Source: an uncultured Actinomycetes bacterium
Lineage (GTDB): Bacteria; Actinomycetota; Acidimicrobiia; Acidimicrobiales; RAAP-2
Direction of reading: 5' to 3'
NCBI GenBank assembly: GCA_903860745.1
Contig: CAIORQ010000026.1
Location: 25,825 to 89,824 of the forward strand
DNA: 64,000 bases
The notes beneath the pieces are model-generated. The model saw only the letters and a list, made by a program, of their open reading frames with translations, searched no databases and had not been told where the DNA came from. Of the stretch, positions 53,276 through 62,129 are shown in pieces; the stretch's first letter is position 1; every line of letters starts with the position of its first letter. The position numbers and the translations under genes were made by a program.

Positions 53276-54781
53276 TCAGCGGGTCGCGGCGTCCTCGGTC
53301 GAGACCAGGTGTCGGGCGGCGCGCGCCTCGTCGACCCGTGAGACCGGCGTCGTCTGGGGGGCGTGGTGCAGCGCCTCGGGGTCGGTCTTGGCGCGCTCGG
53401 CGATCCGCTCCACCGATGCGGCGATCGACTCGAGGGTCTGCAGGCTCTCGGTCTCGGTGGGCTCGAACATCAGCGCCTCCTCCACGATGAGCGGGAAGTA
53501 CACGGTCGGCGAGTGGAAGCCCTCCTCCAGCAGGGCCTTGGCGACGTCGAGCCCGCGCACGCCGTAGGCCTCCTTGAGCGGGGTCGCGGTCAGCACGCAT
53601 TCGTGCAAGCACACCCGGTCGTAGGCGGCCGGCAACGTGGCGCGCAGGCGCTCGCGAAGCCAGTTCGCGTTCAGCACCGCGTACTGGGCGACACGTTCGA
53701 GCCCGTCGCCGCCGTGCACGTCGATGTAGGCCAGGGCGCGGGCCAGCACCATGGCGTTGCCGTGCCAACCGTGCATGCGGCCGATGGAGTGCGCGGGCGT
53801 GGCCCAGGTGAAACCTCCGTCGTCACGGCGGGCGGCCTTGGGCCCGGGGAGGAACTCGACCAGTCGCGACGAGACGGCGACCGGACCGGCGCCGGGGCCC
53901 CCGCCGCCGTGGGGCGTGGCGAAGGTCTTGTGGAGGTTCATGTGGACGATGTCGAAGCCCATGTCACCGGGGCGCACCACGCCCAAGATGGCGTTGAGGT
54001 TCGCTCCGTCGTAGTAGAGCAGGCCGCCGACGTCGTGCACCGCCCCAGCGATCTCGACGATCTCCTCCTCGAAGAGGCCCAGGGTGTTGGGGTTGGTGAG
54101 CATGATCCCGGCGACGTCGGGCCCCAGCGAGGCCTTGAGCGCCTCGAGGTCGACCAGTCCGCGATCGTTCGAGGGGATGGTGGTCACCTCGTAGCCGCCG
54201 AGCGTGACCGACGCGGGGTTGGTGCCGTGGGCGGAGTCGGGGATCAGCACCCGGCGTCGCACGTCACCGTTGGCCTCGTGGTAGGCGCGCATCAACAACA
54301 GACCCGTCAATTCCCCGGCCGCCCCGGCGGCGGGCTGCAGCGTCGCCGCCGCCATGCCGGTGATGGCGCAGAGCTTCTCCTCGAGGTCCACGAGCAGGGC
54401 CAGCCAGCCCTGGCACAGCGACGCGGGCACCCCGGGGTGCACCGAGTTCAGCCCGGGATCGGCCGCGACGGCGTCGCAGAACTTCGGGTTGTACTTCATC
54501 GTGCACGAACCCAGGGGGTAGGCCCCCAGGTCCACCGAGAACTGGCGGTGCGAGAGGCGGGTGAAGTGCCCGACCAGGTCGCGTTCGGACACCTCGGCCA
54601 GGCTCACCGGCGTCGTCGCCAGGTGCGCGGAGGGGATGAGGTCCGCCAGCGGCGTCGCGGGCACGCCGGTGGTGCGCAACTGGTAGGCGCTTCGTCCGCT
54701 CACCGAGAGTTCGAAGATGGTGGGTTCGGTCTCGTGACCGAGCAGCGGCGCCGACGCCGCGCGTCCTCCGGGCTGACTCAT
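53276..54781 (-). CDS. gcvPB: glycine dehydrogenase (decarboxylating) subunit 2
   Basis: PLP-Lys region NLHKTFATPHGGGGPGAGP. 4-nt overlap with gcvPA. Confidence 0.93.
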   Translation of the reverse strand: MSQPGGRAASAPLLGHETEPTIFELSVSGRSAYQLRTTGVPATPLADLIPSAHLATTPVSLAEVSERDLVGHFTRLSHRQFSVDLGAYPLGSCTMKYNPKFCDAVAADPGLNSVHPGVPASLCQGWLALLVDLEEKLCAITGMAAATLQPAAGAAGELTGLLLMRAYHEANGDVRRRVLIPDSAHGTNPASVTLGGYEVTTIPSNDRGLVDLEALKASLGPDVAGIMLTNPNTLGLFEEEIVEIAGAVHDVGGLLYYDGANLNAILGVVRPGDMGFDIVHMNLHKTFATPHGGGGPGAGPVAVSSRLVEFLPGPKAARRDDGGFTWATPAHSIGRMHGWHGNAMVLARALAYIDVHGGDGLERVAQYAVLNANWLRERLRATLPAAYDRVCLHECVLTATPLKEAYGVRGLDVAKALLEEGFHSPTVYFPLIVEEALMFEPTETESLQTLESIAASVERIAERAKTDPEALHHAPQTTPVSRVDEARAARHLVSTEDAATR

Positions 54782-56142
54782 GACAACACCTTTCCCAGCA
54801 CGTCCGCGTAACGGTCCAATTCTTCGCGAGTCCGTCGTTCGGTCACCGCGACCAGCAGGACCTTGGCGACGTCGCCCTCGATGGAGGGGTCCGCCCCGGC
54901 GGTCAGGGCCTCGACGCTGAGCCCGCCCAGGATGCCCTCAGCGACCAAGTCCTCGAGGACGCCGCCGGCCGATCGCGGGAGCCGCAGGGCGAATTCCCGC
55001 AGGAAGGGCGCCGAGGACACGGCCTCGACCCCGTCGATGGCCACCAGGCGATCGAAGAGGTAGTGAGCGCCCTGGGCGCAGCGCGTGGCCACTTCGGCCA
55101 GTCCCCGCGTTCCCAGCCAGCCGAGCTGGATGGCTGCGGTCACCGCCATCAGGGTCTGGTTCGTGCAGACGTTCGACGTCGCCTTCTCGCGGCGGATGTC
55201 CTGCTCGCGCGCGCGCAGGGTGGTGACGAAGGCGCGCCGGTCGTTGGAGTCCACGGTCTCTCCCACGATGCGTCCCGGCAGACGCCGGACTTGGTCGTGG
55301 GTGCACGCGAAGAGTCCCAGGTACGGTCCACCGAAGGACAGCGCGGTGCCCAAGGGCTGCCCCTCTCCCACGAAGACGTCGGCGCCCCACTCCCCCGCGG
55401 TCTTGAGCACGCCCGCGCCGACCGGGTCGGCGCAGAGCACGAAGAGTCCGCCGCTCGCGGTGGCCAGGGCCTTCGCGCCGGTCATGTCCTCGAGCACGCC
55501 CAGGTAGTTGGGGTACGCGCCGACCACCGCCGCGGCTCCGGTCGCGTCGACGCTGGCCCAATCGGTCACGCCGTCGACGAGGGGGACCTCCACGACGTCG
55601 TGTCCCGTGCCGCGAGCGAAGGTCTTGACCACCGCGCGCCAGTGCGGGTGCACGCCCGCCGAGATCACCATCTTCTGTCGTCCGGTCGCGCCCGAGGCCA
55701 TGTTGACGGCCTCGACCAGGGCCGTGGCTCCGTCGTAGAGGGAGGCGTTGGCGATGGGCAGCCCACTGAGACGCGAGATCATCGTCTGGAACTCGAAGAT
55801 CGCCTGCAGGACGCCCTGGGCGACCTCGGGCTGGTAGGGCGTGTAGGCCGTGACGAACTCCGAACGCGATCCGAGCATCTTGACGACCGCGGGCACCTCG
55901 TGGTCGTAGGCGCCCGCACCGGCGTAACAGGTGAGGTTGGTGATCTGCCCCTGATTGGCCGCGGTGTAGCGGGCGAAGACGGCGGCCACGTCGGGCTCGC
56001 TCATGCCCGCCTCCAGGTCCAGGCCGGTGGCGAGCCGCACCGAGGCCGGGATGTGGGCGAAGAGCTGTCCCAGGGAGTCCATGCCGAGGAAGGACAGCAT
56101 CTCGGCCGTCTCCTCAGGGGTGTGCGGGAGGTAATCAGCCAC
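54778..56142 (-). CDS. gcvPA: glycine dehydrogenase (decarboxylating) subunit 1
   Basis: YTPYQPEVAQGVLQAIFEFQTM and REQDIRREKATSNVCTNQ, typical of P-protein subunit 1. Confidence 0.93.
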   Translation of the reverse strand: MADYLPHTPEETAEMLSFLGMDSLGQLFAHIPASVRLATGLDLEAGMSEPDVAAVFARYTAANQGQITNLTCYAGAGAYDHEVPAVVKMLGSRSEFVTAYTPYQPEVAQGVLQAIFEFQTMISRLSGLPIANASLYDGATALVEAVNMASGATGRQKMVISAGVHPHWRAVVKTFARGTGHDVVEVPLVDGVTDWASVDATGAAAVVGAYPNYLGVLEDMTGAKALATASGGLFVLCADPVGAGVLKTAGEWGADVFVGEGQPLGTALSFGGPYLGLFACTHDQVRRLPGRIVGETVDSNDRRAFVTTLRAREQDIRREKATSNVCTNQTLMAVTAAIQLGWLGTRGLAEVATRCAQGAHYLFDRLVAIDGVEAVSSAPFLREFALRLPRSAGGVLEDLVAEGILGGLSVEALTAGADPSIEGDVAKVLLVAVTERRTREELDRYADVLGKVLS

Positions 56143-57196
56143 GCGAGGACGCCTTTCGAACGAAGGGCAACGCGGTCACCGTCACCGGGATTTCACGACC
56201 ACGCAACGACACCACCGCCGGGGTTCCCGGGGTCAGGTCGCCGCTCAACAGACCAAGTCCGATGCCGCGTTCGAGCACCGGCGAGAAGTTGCCCGAGGTG
56301 AGCACCCCCACCGACGCCCCGTCGACGAGGACCTCGCCACCGTCACGAAGGGGCTGACGACCATCGGCCACCACCCCGGTCAGCAGGCGCGCGACGCCAC
56401 GTTCGCGCTCGGCGAGCACCGCGTCACGGCCGCGGAAGGTCTCCTTGTCCCATCCGAGCACCCAGCCCAGGCGGGCCTCCAGGGTGGTCGAGGTCAGGCT
56501 GAGCTCGTGACCGTAGAGGGGCAGGGCGGACTCCAGGCGCAGCGTGTCACGCGCCCCCAGTCCAGCCGGCGTCACTCCGGCCGCCACGAGCTCGGCGAGC
56601 ACCTCCTCGGCCACCTCGTTGGGCGCGGCGATCTCCAGACCGTCCTCCCCGGTGTAGCCGGTGCCGGCCACGCGCACCTCGACCCCCCGGAAGTCGAATC
56701 GCCGCACGCCAAAGCGCGGCACCTCGGCGAAGTCCGCGCCCAGGGCGGCGACCTTGGTCCGCGCCTGGGGGCCCTGAACGGCCAGGACGCAGCGCTGGTC
56801 GGTCACGTCGACGCCGGGCAGCGCCGCCGTCACGCCCGAGGTGTTCGAGGCGTTGGGCATGACGTCGAACTCGGTCTCGGAGTACCACCACACGATGATG
56901 TCGTCGACGACGAAGCCCTCGTCGTTCAAGAGGTGGGTGTACTGCGCCTTGCCCGGAGCGACCTTTCGCAGGTCGTTGGTGAGCGTGTCCTGGAGGGCGT
57001 CGAACATCCCCGGACCCTCACAGCGCACCGTGCCGAGGTGCGACACGTCGAAGACCACCGCGTCGCGCCGGCACGCCAGGTGCTCGGCCACCGTGCCACC
57101 CTGGTAGGCCAGGGGCATCTCCCAGCCCCCGAAGGGGACCATCTTGGCCCCCAGGGCCACGTGGGCGTCATAGAGGAACGGGCGTCGGTTATCCAT
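56135..57196 (-). CDS. gcvT: glycine cleavage system aminomethyltransferase (T protein)
   Basis: FGGWEMPLAYQGG..EH...R..A..FDVSHLG N-terminus. 8-nt overlap with gcvPA. Confidence 0.93.
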   Translation of the reverse strand: MDNRRPFLYDAHVALGAKMVPFGGWEMPLAYQGGTVAEHLACRRDAVVFDVSHLGTVRCEGPGMFDALQDTLTNDLRKVAPGKAQYTHLLNDEGFVVDDIIVWWYSETEFDVMPNASNTSGVTAALPGVDVTDQRCVLAVQGPQARTKVAALGADFAEVPRFGVRRFDFRGVEVRVAGTGYTGEDGLEIAAPNEVAEEVLAELVAAGVTPAGLGARDTLRLESALPLYGHELSLTSTTLEARLGWVLGWDKETFRGRDAVLAERERGVARLLTGVVADGRQPLRDGGEVLVDGASVGVLTSGNFSPVLERGIGLGLLSGDLTPGTPAVVSLRGREIPVTVTALPFVRKASSRG

Positions 57197-57207
57197 GCCT
57201 ATGTACT

Positions 57208-57606
57208 TTAGGCAGCCTTCGCGATCAGCGTGGCGACGTCGACACCGTGTCGCTCCACGAGCGCGCAGAAGTCACCCCGGTACACCACCTGCAGGGGCAC
57301 CTCGGGATAGAGCCTCCGGAATTCGCGGACCTTGCGGTTCTTTCGGGTGACCAATCGCTGCTCCAGTACGGTCAACTCGATGAAGAGCGACCTCTCGGGG
57401 AGGTAGAAGTCTGGACGGAAGGCTCGCGTCGGCGTACCGCGTTCGTCCCAGGCCAGCGGGAACTCCACGGGCTCGTAGACCCACGAGACGCCGTAGATCG
57501 TCAAGAGGCGAGCGAAGACCTCCTCGGAAGGGTTCGCGAACCTCTCTCGCGGCGCCGGGATGAGACTGGGGTGACGAAGCCTCGCTCCGTCAAGTGGCAG
57601 GTTCAC
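57208..57606 (-). CDS. hypothetical protein (132 aa) embedded between MerR gene and gcvT
   Basis: High GC3. GTGA overlap with the upstream MerR gene, and 11 nt from gcvT. ...FRPDFYLPERSLFIELT... is reminiscent of a nuclease-like PD...E core, but the canonical Lys is not evident. Confidence 0.6.
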   Translation of the reverse strand: MNLPLDGARLRHPSLIPAPRERFANPSEEVFARLLTIYGVSWVYEPVEFPLAWDERGTPTRAFRPDFYLPERSLFIELTVLEQRLVTRKNRKVREFRRLYPEVPLQVVYRGDFCALVERHGVDVATLIAKAA

Positions 57607-58055
57607 GCCGAACGGGTCACCTTCTCCGACGGCTCGTCGACGGCGCCCAGCATGGTCGAAAGCTCGGCGACCATGTTCGCCATCGATACAACATTGAAGA
57701 CACCCTGACCACCGCGCAGCAGGTCGACCAGTCCGTCGTAGTCAGCCAACACCGAACCGTTGTCGCTCAGCACGAGGCTCGACGACGACAGGTCCGCACC
57801 CAGGGAGTCGCGCAGGCACTGCACCGCCTGTCGCGCGCGCGCCAACGACACGCCAGAGTCCAGCAACGACTTGATGACCTTGACCTCCAAGACGTCGGTG
57901 TAGGAGTAGGTGCGCTTCGAGCCGCTACCGTGCGCGGCGGTGATCGAAGGGGTCACCAGGTCGGTACGGGCCCAGTAGTCGAGCTGTCGATAGGTCACAC
58001 CGGTCAGTCGACAGACCGTCGGCCCGCTGAACCCCATCACCGTGACATCACTCAT
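57603..58055 (-). CDS. MerR-family transcriptional regulator (Rv1830-like)
   Basis: HTH TVCRLTGVTYRQLDYWARTDLV...KRTYSYTDVLEVKVIKSLL. First gene of the MerR-hyp-gcvT-gcvPA-gcvPB string. Confidence 0.85.
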   Translation of the reverse strand: MSDVTVMGFSGPTVCRLTGVTYRQLDYWARTDLVTPSITAAHGSGSKRTYSYTDVLEVKVIKSLLDSGVSLARARQAVQCLRDSLGADLSSSSLVLSDNGSVLADYDGLVDLLRGGQGVFNVVSMANMVAELSTMLGAVDEPSEKVTRSA

Positions 58056-58081
58056 CTCGCCCTCCCGACCGAGGACGTCGC

Positions 58082-58119
58082 CCTCGAGGTACTACAACAG
58101 TGTAGTTACAGCCTCGAGG
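58082..58119. promoter_or_regulatory. composite palindrome CCTCGAGG-t-ACTACA-acag-TGTAGT-tacag-CCTCGAGG (candidate MerR operator or 5'-UTR hairpin)
   Basis: Read directly. It lies 27-64 nt upstream of the MerR ATG (58055), in the divergent intergenic region. The inner arm is a perfect 6-bp inverted repeat, and the outer 8-mers are self-complementary. Confidence 0.4.
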
Positions 58120-58264
58120 AATCGGCAAGCGAATTGTCACGGCCTCCGGCCGCCGGCGCCGTCGATGGCCCGGAGAAACCCTCAACTCGAAGCCTCAAGT
58201 TCTCCACCCACGACAGAACCGGTCACCGGCCGGCGGGCCGGCCCTCACCACTTAGGCTGGTCGA

Positions 58265-58831
58265 GTGAGTTCTGACTCCCCCAAGGCGCCCCTGACCACC
58301 ACGACCAGCATCTGGCCGGCGGCGATGGTGCTCCTCACCGCGGTCGCCATGTTGGCCGTGTTCTTGGTGATCAACCTGGTGTCGGACCAGGGCGTCACGC
58401 CCACGACGACCATCCCGGTGATCGTGGGCGGCCTGGCCGTGGACCCATCGAACACCCTGTTGGAGAACTGTGAGACGCCCGGCAGCCCCCCGAACAACAT
58501 CCTCCCCGGCGTCCTGGTGCCGGTGGGGACCCGGTCGCGAGGCCCCTTCGACATGCCCAATGACGGCGCCGGCGACTTCGACTGCTACCGGCCCCTGGTG
58601 ACGCGCTCGAGCGCGGCGGCCCTCCTCGGCTTCTACAAGACCCAACTGGAGGCGCGGGGCTGGTCCCTCTTCTCGAGTGGTGCCTCCAACGGCGCGCCGC
58701 AGTACCTGTTCCAGAAGTCCGGCTCCGACACCTTCTACTGGATCATCGGCGTCACCGTCGACGCCTCGGCGTCCACCACCTCGTCGACGGCCTGGACCTT
58801 TCGGATCTACCAGAACTCCGAAGCGATCTAG
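58265..58831 (+). CDS. membrane-anchored hypothetical exported protein
   Basis: 188-aa ORF with a GTG start and one TM (IWPAAMVLLTAVAMLAVFLVINLV), followed by a soluble domain with 2 Cys. No family recognised. Confidence 0.55.
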   Translation: MSSDSPKAPLTTTTSIWPAAMVLLTAVAMLAVFLVINLVSDQGVTPTTTIPVIVGGLAVDPSNTLLENCETPGSPPNNILPGVLVPVGTRSRGPFDMPNDGAGDFDCYRPLVTRSSAAALLGFYKTQLEARGWSLFSSGASNGAPQYLFQKSGSDTFYWIIGVTVDASASTTSSTAWTFRIYQNSEAI

Positions 58832-60156
58832 GCGACCGCGGCGAACTCGCGCGCCGGCGCGGGAGCGTCGCTGACCACGCTCGACCAGAGCGCGAAGTTC
58901 AGCGGATAGATCAAGTAGCCCACGCGGGTGGCCGACGCCGCGCAGATGAGCGCGGTGGAGAAGACGGCGAGGATCCCCAGGAGTTGACCCAGCGAGAGTG
59001 GCCAGTGACGTTTGGCGTACGACGCGGTGAAGTAGCCGCCCACCAACAGGGTCAGTGGCGTCAGCAGATGCCCCGCGGGGGCCCAGAGGTCGGTGAGCAG
59101 GTGCCCCGGCAGGGGACTCGCCGCGGGCGAGGCCACGTGGGCCAGTCCCAGGGGGAAGGCCACGACGTTGGAGAGGAAGGCGAAGGGGTCCGAGAGCACG
59201 AAGGGCACGACGGTCACGCCGACGATCGCCGTGACCCACAGCGCCACGATTCGCCAGGCGCGCCGTTCCGAGTGGTGGTGCGCCACCAGCAGGGCCCCGA
59301 GCGCCACCGGCCAGGCGGTGAGCTTCATCGCCGCCGCGAGCCCCAGACTCACGCCGGCCACGTGGTTGGCGCGCCTCTGGAGCGCGACCACCCCCAGGAG
59401 GATCAGGGCCAGGATCGGCATGTCGTCGCCACCGGTGGCGAGGAAGAGGGCCCCCGTGGGCAGGGCGATGAGGAATTGGGCGACGCGGATCTTGCGACTG
59501 CGTGGGGCGCGCAGCCACCTCAGCGCGAACGCCGAGGTCAGCAGCGTCATCAAGGTCATCCAGATGCGTGCGTCCGACAGCGGCGACGAGCTCTTGACCT
59601 CGGCGGCCGGGGCCCCGAAGATCGTCATGGTCGGGAAGTAGGGGAAGAACGACTCGTAGGCGGGCTCGTGGGGCACCGGGTCCACCAGGCGCCCATCGCG
59701 CCAGTAGGACTGGTAGGGCGTGCCGTTCGTGGCGATGTCGGTGGCTCCGCGCTGGATCACCGTGACCTCGGGCTGCTCGGTGCGCCAGCGCACCTCCATG
59801 GCCAAGGGCGCCACCACGGCGGTGGCGATCACCAGCACCACCAGGACGACGCGCACCCTCGTCTCGTGCCGTGGCGCGACCTTGAGCGACGCTGCGGCCG
59901 CCACGGCGGCCACGGCGTAGGGAATCGCCGCCAGGTAGCCCCAGTGCCACTGCGCGTTGGCCGTCGAGGTCAGACCGATGCCCAGGGCGAAGACCGCGGC
60001 CAGGGCGTAGAGGAGGGCGTCGGTCGTGATTCCTCGAAGAGACGACCACCACAGGCGAAGGCGGTAGCGCCGACCGGTCAGCGGCTCAGACATGCCCTCG
60101 AGTCTAGGTCTCGTCCGCGGGCGAGTCTCGCTTGGTGCTGGCGTGCGCGTCCCCAT
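58828..60156 (-). CDS. polyprenol-dependent glycosyltransferase-like membrane protein (GT87/DUF2029-like)
   Basis: About 10 TM helices, with loops resembling the DUF2029 mannosyltransferase family. ATG 60156 abuts the upstream stop (TAGATG). ATG 60093 is an alternative start. Confidence 0.6.
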   Translation of the reverse strand: MGTRTPAPSETRPRTRPRLEGMSEPLTGRRYRLRLWWSSLRGITTDALLYALAAVFALGIGLTSTANAQWHWGYLAAIPYAVAAVAAAASLKVAPRHETRVRVVLVVLVIATAVVAPLAMEVRWRTEQPEVTVIQRGATDIATNGTPYQSYWRDGRLVDPVPHEPAYESFFPYFPTMTIFGAPAAEVKSSSPLSDARIWMTLMTLLTSAFALRWLRAPRSRKIRVAQFLIALPTGALFLATGGDDMPILALILLGVVALQRRANHVAGVSLGLAAAMKLTAWPVALGALLVAHHHSERRAWRIVALWVTAIVGVTVVPFVLSDPFAFLSNVVAFPLGLAHVASPAASPLPGHLLTDLWAPAGHLLTPLTLLVGGYFTASYAKRHWPLSLGQLLGILAVFSTALICAASATRVGYLIYPLNFALWSSVVSDAPAPAREFAAVA

Positions 60157-60945
60157 CTAGTCCCCCGGGAAACCCTGATCAGGGGGACGGCGAAGCGGCG
60201 CTCGCGTCTGCGGCGGCAATCTCTGGGTCAGGAATCGACGGATGAGGCGCACGCAGTCCTTCGTGCGCTCCTTCAAGACCGCGTGCGAGGTCCCGGGCAC
60301 GATGGCCAGCTGCGAGTTGGGGATCGACTCGTACATCGCCACCGTGTGCTCGAGCGTGGCCACGTCGTCGTCGCCGGCGAGCACCAAGACCGGGACCGTG
60401 ATGCGAGCGAGGTCCTCGGTGGTCATGGTCGGTCCGGTACGGAACATCTCGTTGGTCTTGGCCAGGACCTCGCGCGCGTGCGATAGCCCCTCGGGAGCCA
60501 CGGCGGCGTACTTCTGGGCCCATTCGTCGAAGCCCGGCGTGTCGGCCTCGAGCAGGGGGAAGTCGACCAGACCGCTGTAGTGGAAGTTCCCTCCCACCAC
60601 GACCACGCGCTTGACCAGGTCGGGTCGTCGAAGGGCCACCAGCAGGGCGACGTTGGCCCCGTCGCTGTGGCCCACCAGGTGGGCGCGTCGACCCAGGAGT
60701 TCGAGGTAGGCGATGGTCTCGTCGGCCATCGCCTCGTAGCTGAAGGGCTCGGGTGTGTCGGCGGTCCGCCCGTGGCCACGTCGGTCGAAGGCCCCGATGC
60801 GGAAATCCTTGGACAAACCCGGTCCGATGCTCGCGAGCAGCGAGGCGCTGGAACTCATGCCCCCGTGCAACAGCACCACCACCGGCTTTCCCCGTCGCGG
60901 CAGTTTCATCCAGCTCGGGTGCCCGAGCAGGGGACGTGTGCTCAC
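60157..60945 (-). CDS. alpha/beta-fold hydrolase
   Basis: VVLLHGG oxyanion region, nucleophile elbow LVGHSDGA, and C-terminal GTSHAV His. Alternative start at ATG 60909. Confidence 0.85.
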   Translation of the reverse strand: MSTRPLLGHPSWMKLPRRGKPVVVLLHGGMSSSASLLASIGPGLSKDFRIGAFDRRGHGRTADTPEPFSYEAMADETIAYLELLGRRAHLVGHSDGANVALLVALRRPDLVKRVVVVGGNFHYSGLVDFPLLEADTPGFDEWAQKYAAVAPEGLSHAREVLAKTNEMFRTGPTMTTEDLARITVPVLVLAGDDDVATLEHTVAMYESIPNSQLAIVPGTSHAVLKERTKDCVRLIRRFLTQRLPPQTRAPLRRPPDQGFPGD

Positions 60946-60979
60946 GTGTCCCTGCCCATTGGCGAGGGCCGGCGGATCC

Positions 60980-61594
60980 TCATCCCGGGTAGAAGGCGCT
61001 CACACCCACCTGGGCGCTCGAGCACGGTGAGATCGGGTAGGGGAAGCTCACCGGGACCGAGGTGTCCCCCGGGACGAACTGCACGTCGACCTGGGCCACG
61101 GCGGGGCAGGCCTGGGTGCCCGACGGCACGTCGGAGTAGCGGAACTGCACGTCGACGCGTCCGCCGTCGGCAACGGTGTAGGCCACGGCCCCCGCGTTCG
61201 CCGGCGCCGCCGGGAAGGAGGTCGAGTCCACCAGGCTCAAGCCCGTCTCCACGGCCCCCTTGGCGTCTTGGAAGCTGAGCCTCGGATAGCCGTCCACCAC
61301 GCAGGACCCGGCGGACACCTTGGTCAGGGTCATGATGTCGTAGCCGGTGCCGGCGGCACCCTGGGAACCGACGTTGACGCCCGTGAAGTCCGCACCGCGA
61401 CAGGTGGTGAGTTGGGCCACGGAACTGGTGGTGGTCGAGGCGGACGTGGTGCTCGTGGTGGCGGGCACGGTGCTCGTGGGCGCCGTCGAGCTCGTGGTGG
61501 TGTTGGTGTGGAAGAGCTTCGAGTGACGACCGACCAGGACGACGATGGCGATGAGCGCAACCGCGAGGATGAGGTTGCGCAGGGTACGGCTCAC
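60980..61594 (-). CDS. membrane-anchored DUF4232-domain protein
   Basis: TM anchor, Thr/Ser-rich linker, then LTTCRGADFTGV...GAAGTGYDIMTLTKVSAGSCVVDGYPRLSF (DUF4232 pattern). GTGA overlap with the upstream gene. Confidence 0.7.
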   Translation of the reverse strand: MSRTLRNLILAVALIAIVVLVGRHSKLFHTNTTTSSTAPTSTVPATTSTTSASTTTSSVAQLTTCRGADFTGVNVGSQGAAGTGYDIMTLTKVSAGSCVVDGYPRLSFQDAKGAVETGLSLVDSTSFPAAPANAGAVAYTVADGGRVDVQFRYSDVPSGTQACPAVAQVDVQFVPGDTSVPVSFPYPISPCSSAQVGVSAFYPG

Positions 61595-62094
61595 TGATCG
61601 AAGTCCTCGGGACGAACCGTGTCGAGGAAGTCGCGCAACTGCTCGAGCAGGGTGTCCTCGGACTCATCGTCATCCTCGTCGTCCAGGTCGCTGACCTCGA
61701 GGACCTGACCCTCGTCGGCCATCAACTCGTCGCTCACCAGCAGCGGTGCGCCCACGCGCAGGGCGAGGGCGACGGCGTCGCTGGGACGCGCGGACACCAG
61801 GATCTCCTTGCCGTCGCGCAGGAGACGCAGGTTCGCGTAGAAGGTGTTGTTGATCAAGTGGGTGATCTCCACCGCGAAGAGTCGAGCCCCTAAGGCGGTG
61901 ATCACGTTGCCCAGGAGGTCGTGAGACATCGGTCGGGGCGCTTCGATGTGCTGAAGGGCGTAGGCGATGGCTGTCGCCTCGGGGGCGCCGATGAAGATGG
62001 GCAGGACGCGGTTGCCGCCCACCTCCTCGAGAAGGAGTAGGGGCGTCGAGGAACCGACGTCCACGCGGACCGCACGCAACACGACTTCGACCAT
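61591..62094 (-). CDS. bifunctional nuclease family protein (DUF151, Rv1829-like)
   Basis: LLLEEVGGNRVLPIFIGAPEATAIAYAL...PRPMSHDLL is typical of DUF151. Acidic C-terminal tail. Confidence 0.85.
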   Translation of the reverse strand: MVEVVLRAVRVDVGSSTPLLLLEEVGGNRVLPIFIGAPEATAIAYALQHIEAPRPMSHDLLGNVITALGARLFAVEITHLINNTFYANLRLLRDGKEILVSARPSDAVALALRVGAPLLVSDELMADEGQVLEVSDLDDEDDDESEDTLLEQLRDFLDTVRPEDFDQ

Positions 62095-62129
62095 GCCTTC
62101 AGCCTAGGCTCCGAGTCGAGTTCCGAGTA

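Noticed and set aside
58056-58264. Glycine riboswitch upstream of the gcv genes
   Set aside because: No GGAGAG...CACCGAAGGGGCAA-type aptamer core is visible here. The 11-nt gap before gcvT (57197-57207) is too short to hold one.
3853-60486. Other long shadow ORFs, including 3853..5661(-), 4281..5879(+ for most of its length), 15614..17275(-), 37197..38138(+), 38054..39481(-), 40957..42591(+), 42485..44242(-), 45002..46612(-), 51174..52349(+), 53363..54811(+), 58223..60052(-) and 58984..60486(+)
   Set aside because: Each overlaps a gene with strong family evidence, either on the opposite strand or in another frame. Their products are Arg/Gly/Pro/His-rich and repetitive. Only the last 66 codons of 4281..5879 were kept, as a separate small ORF.
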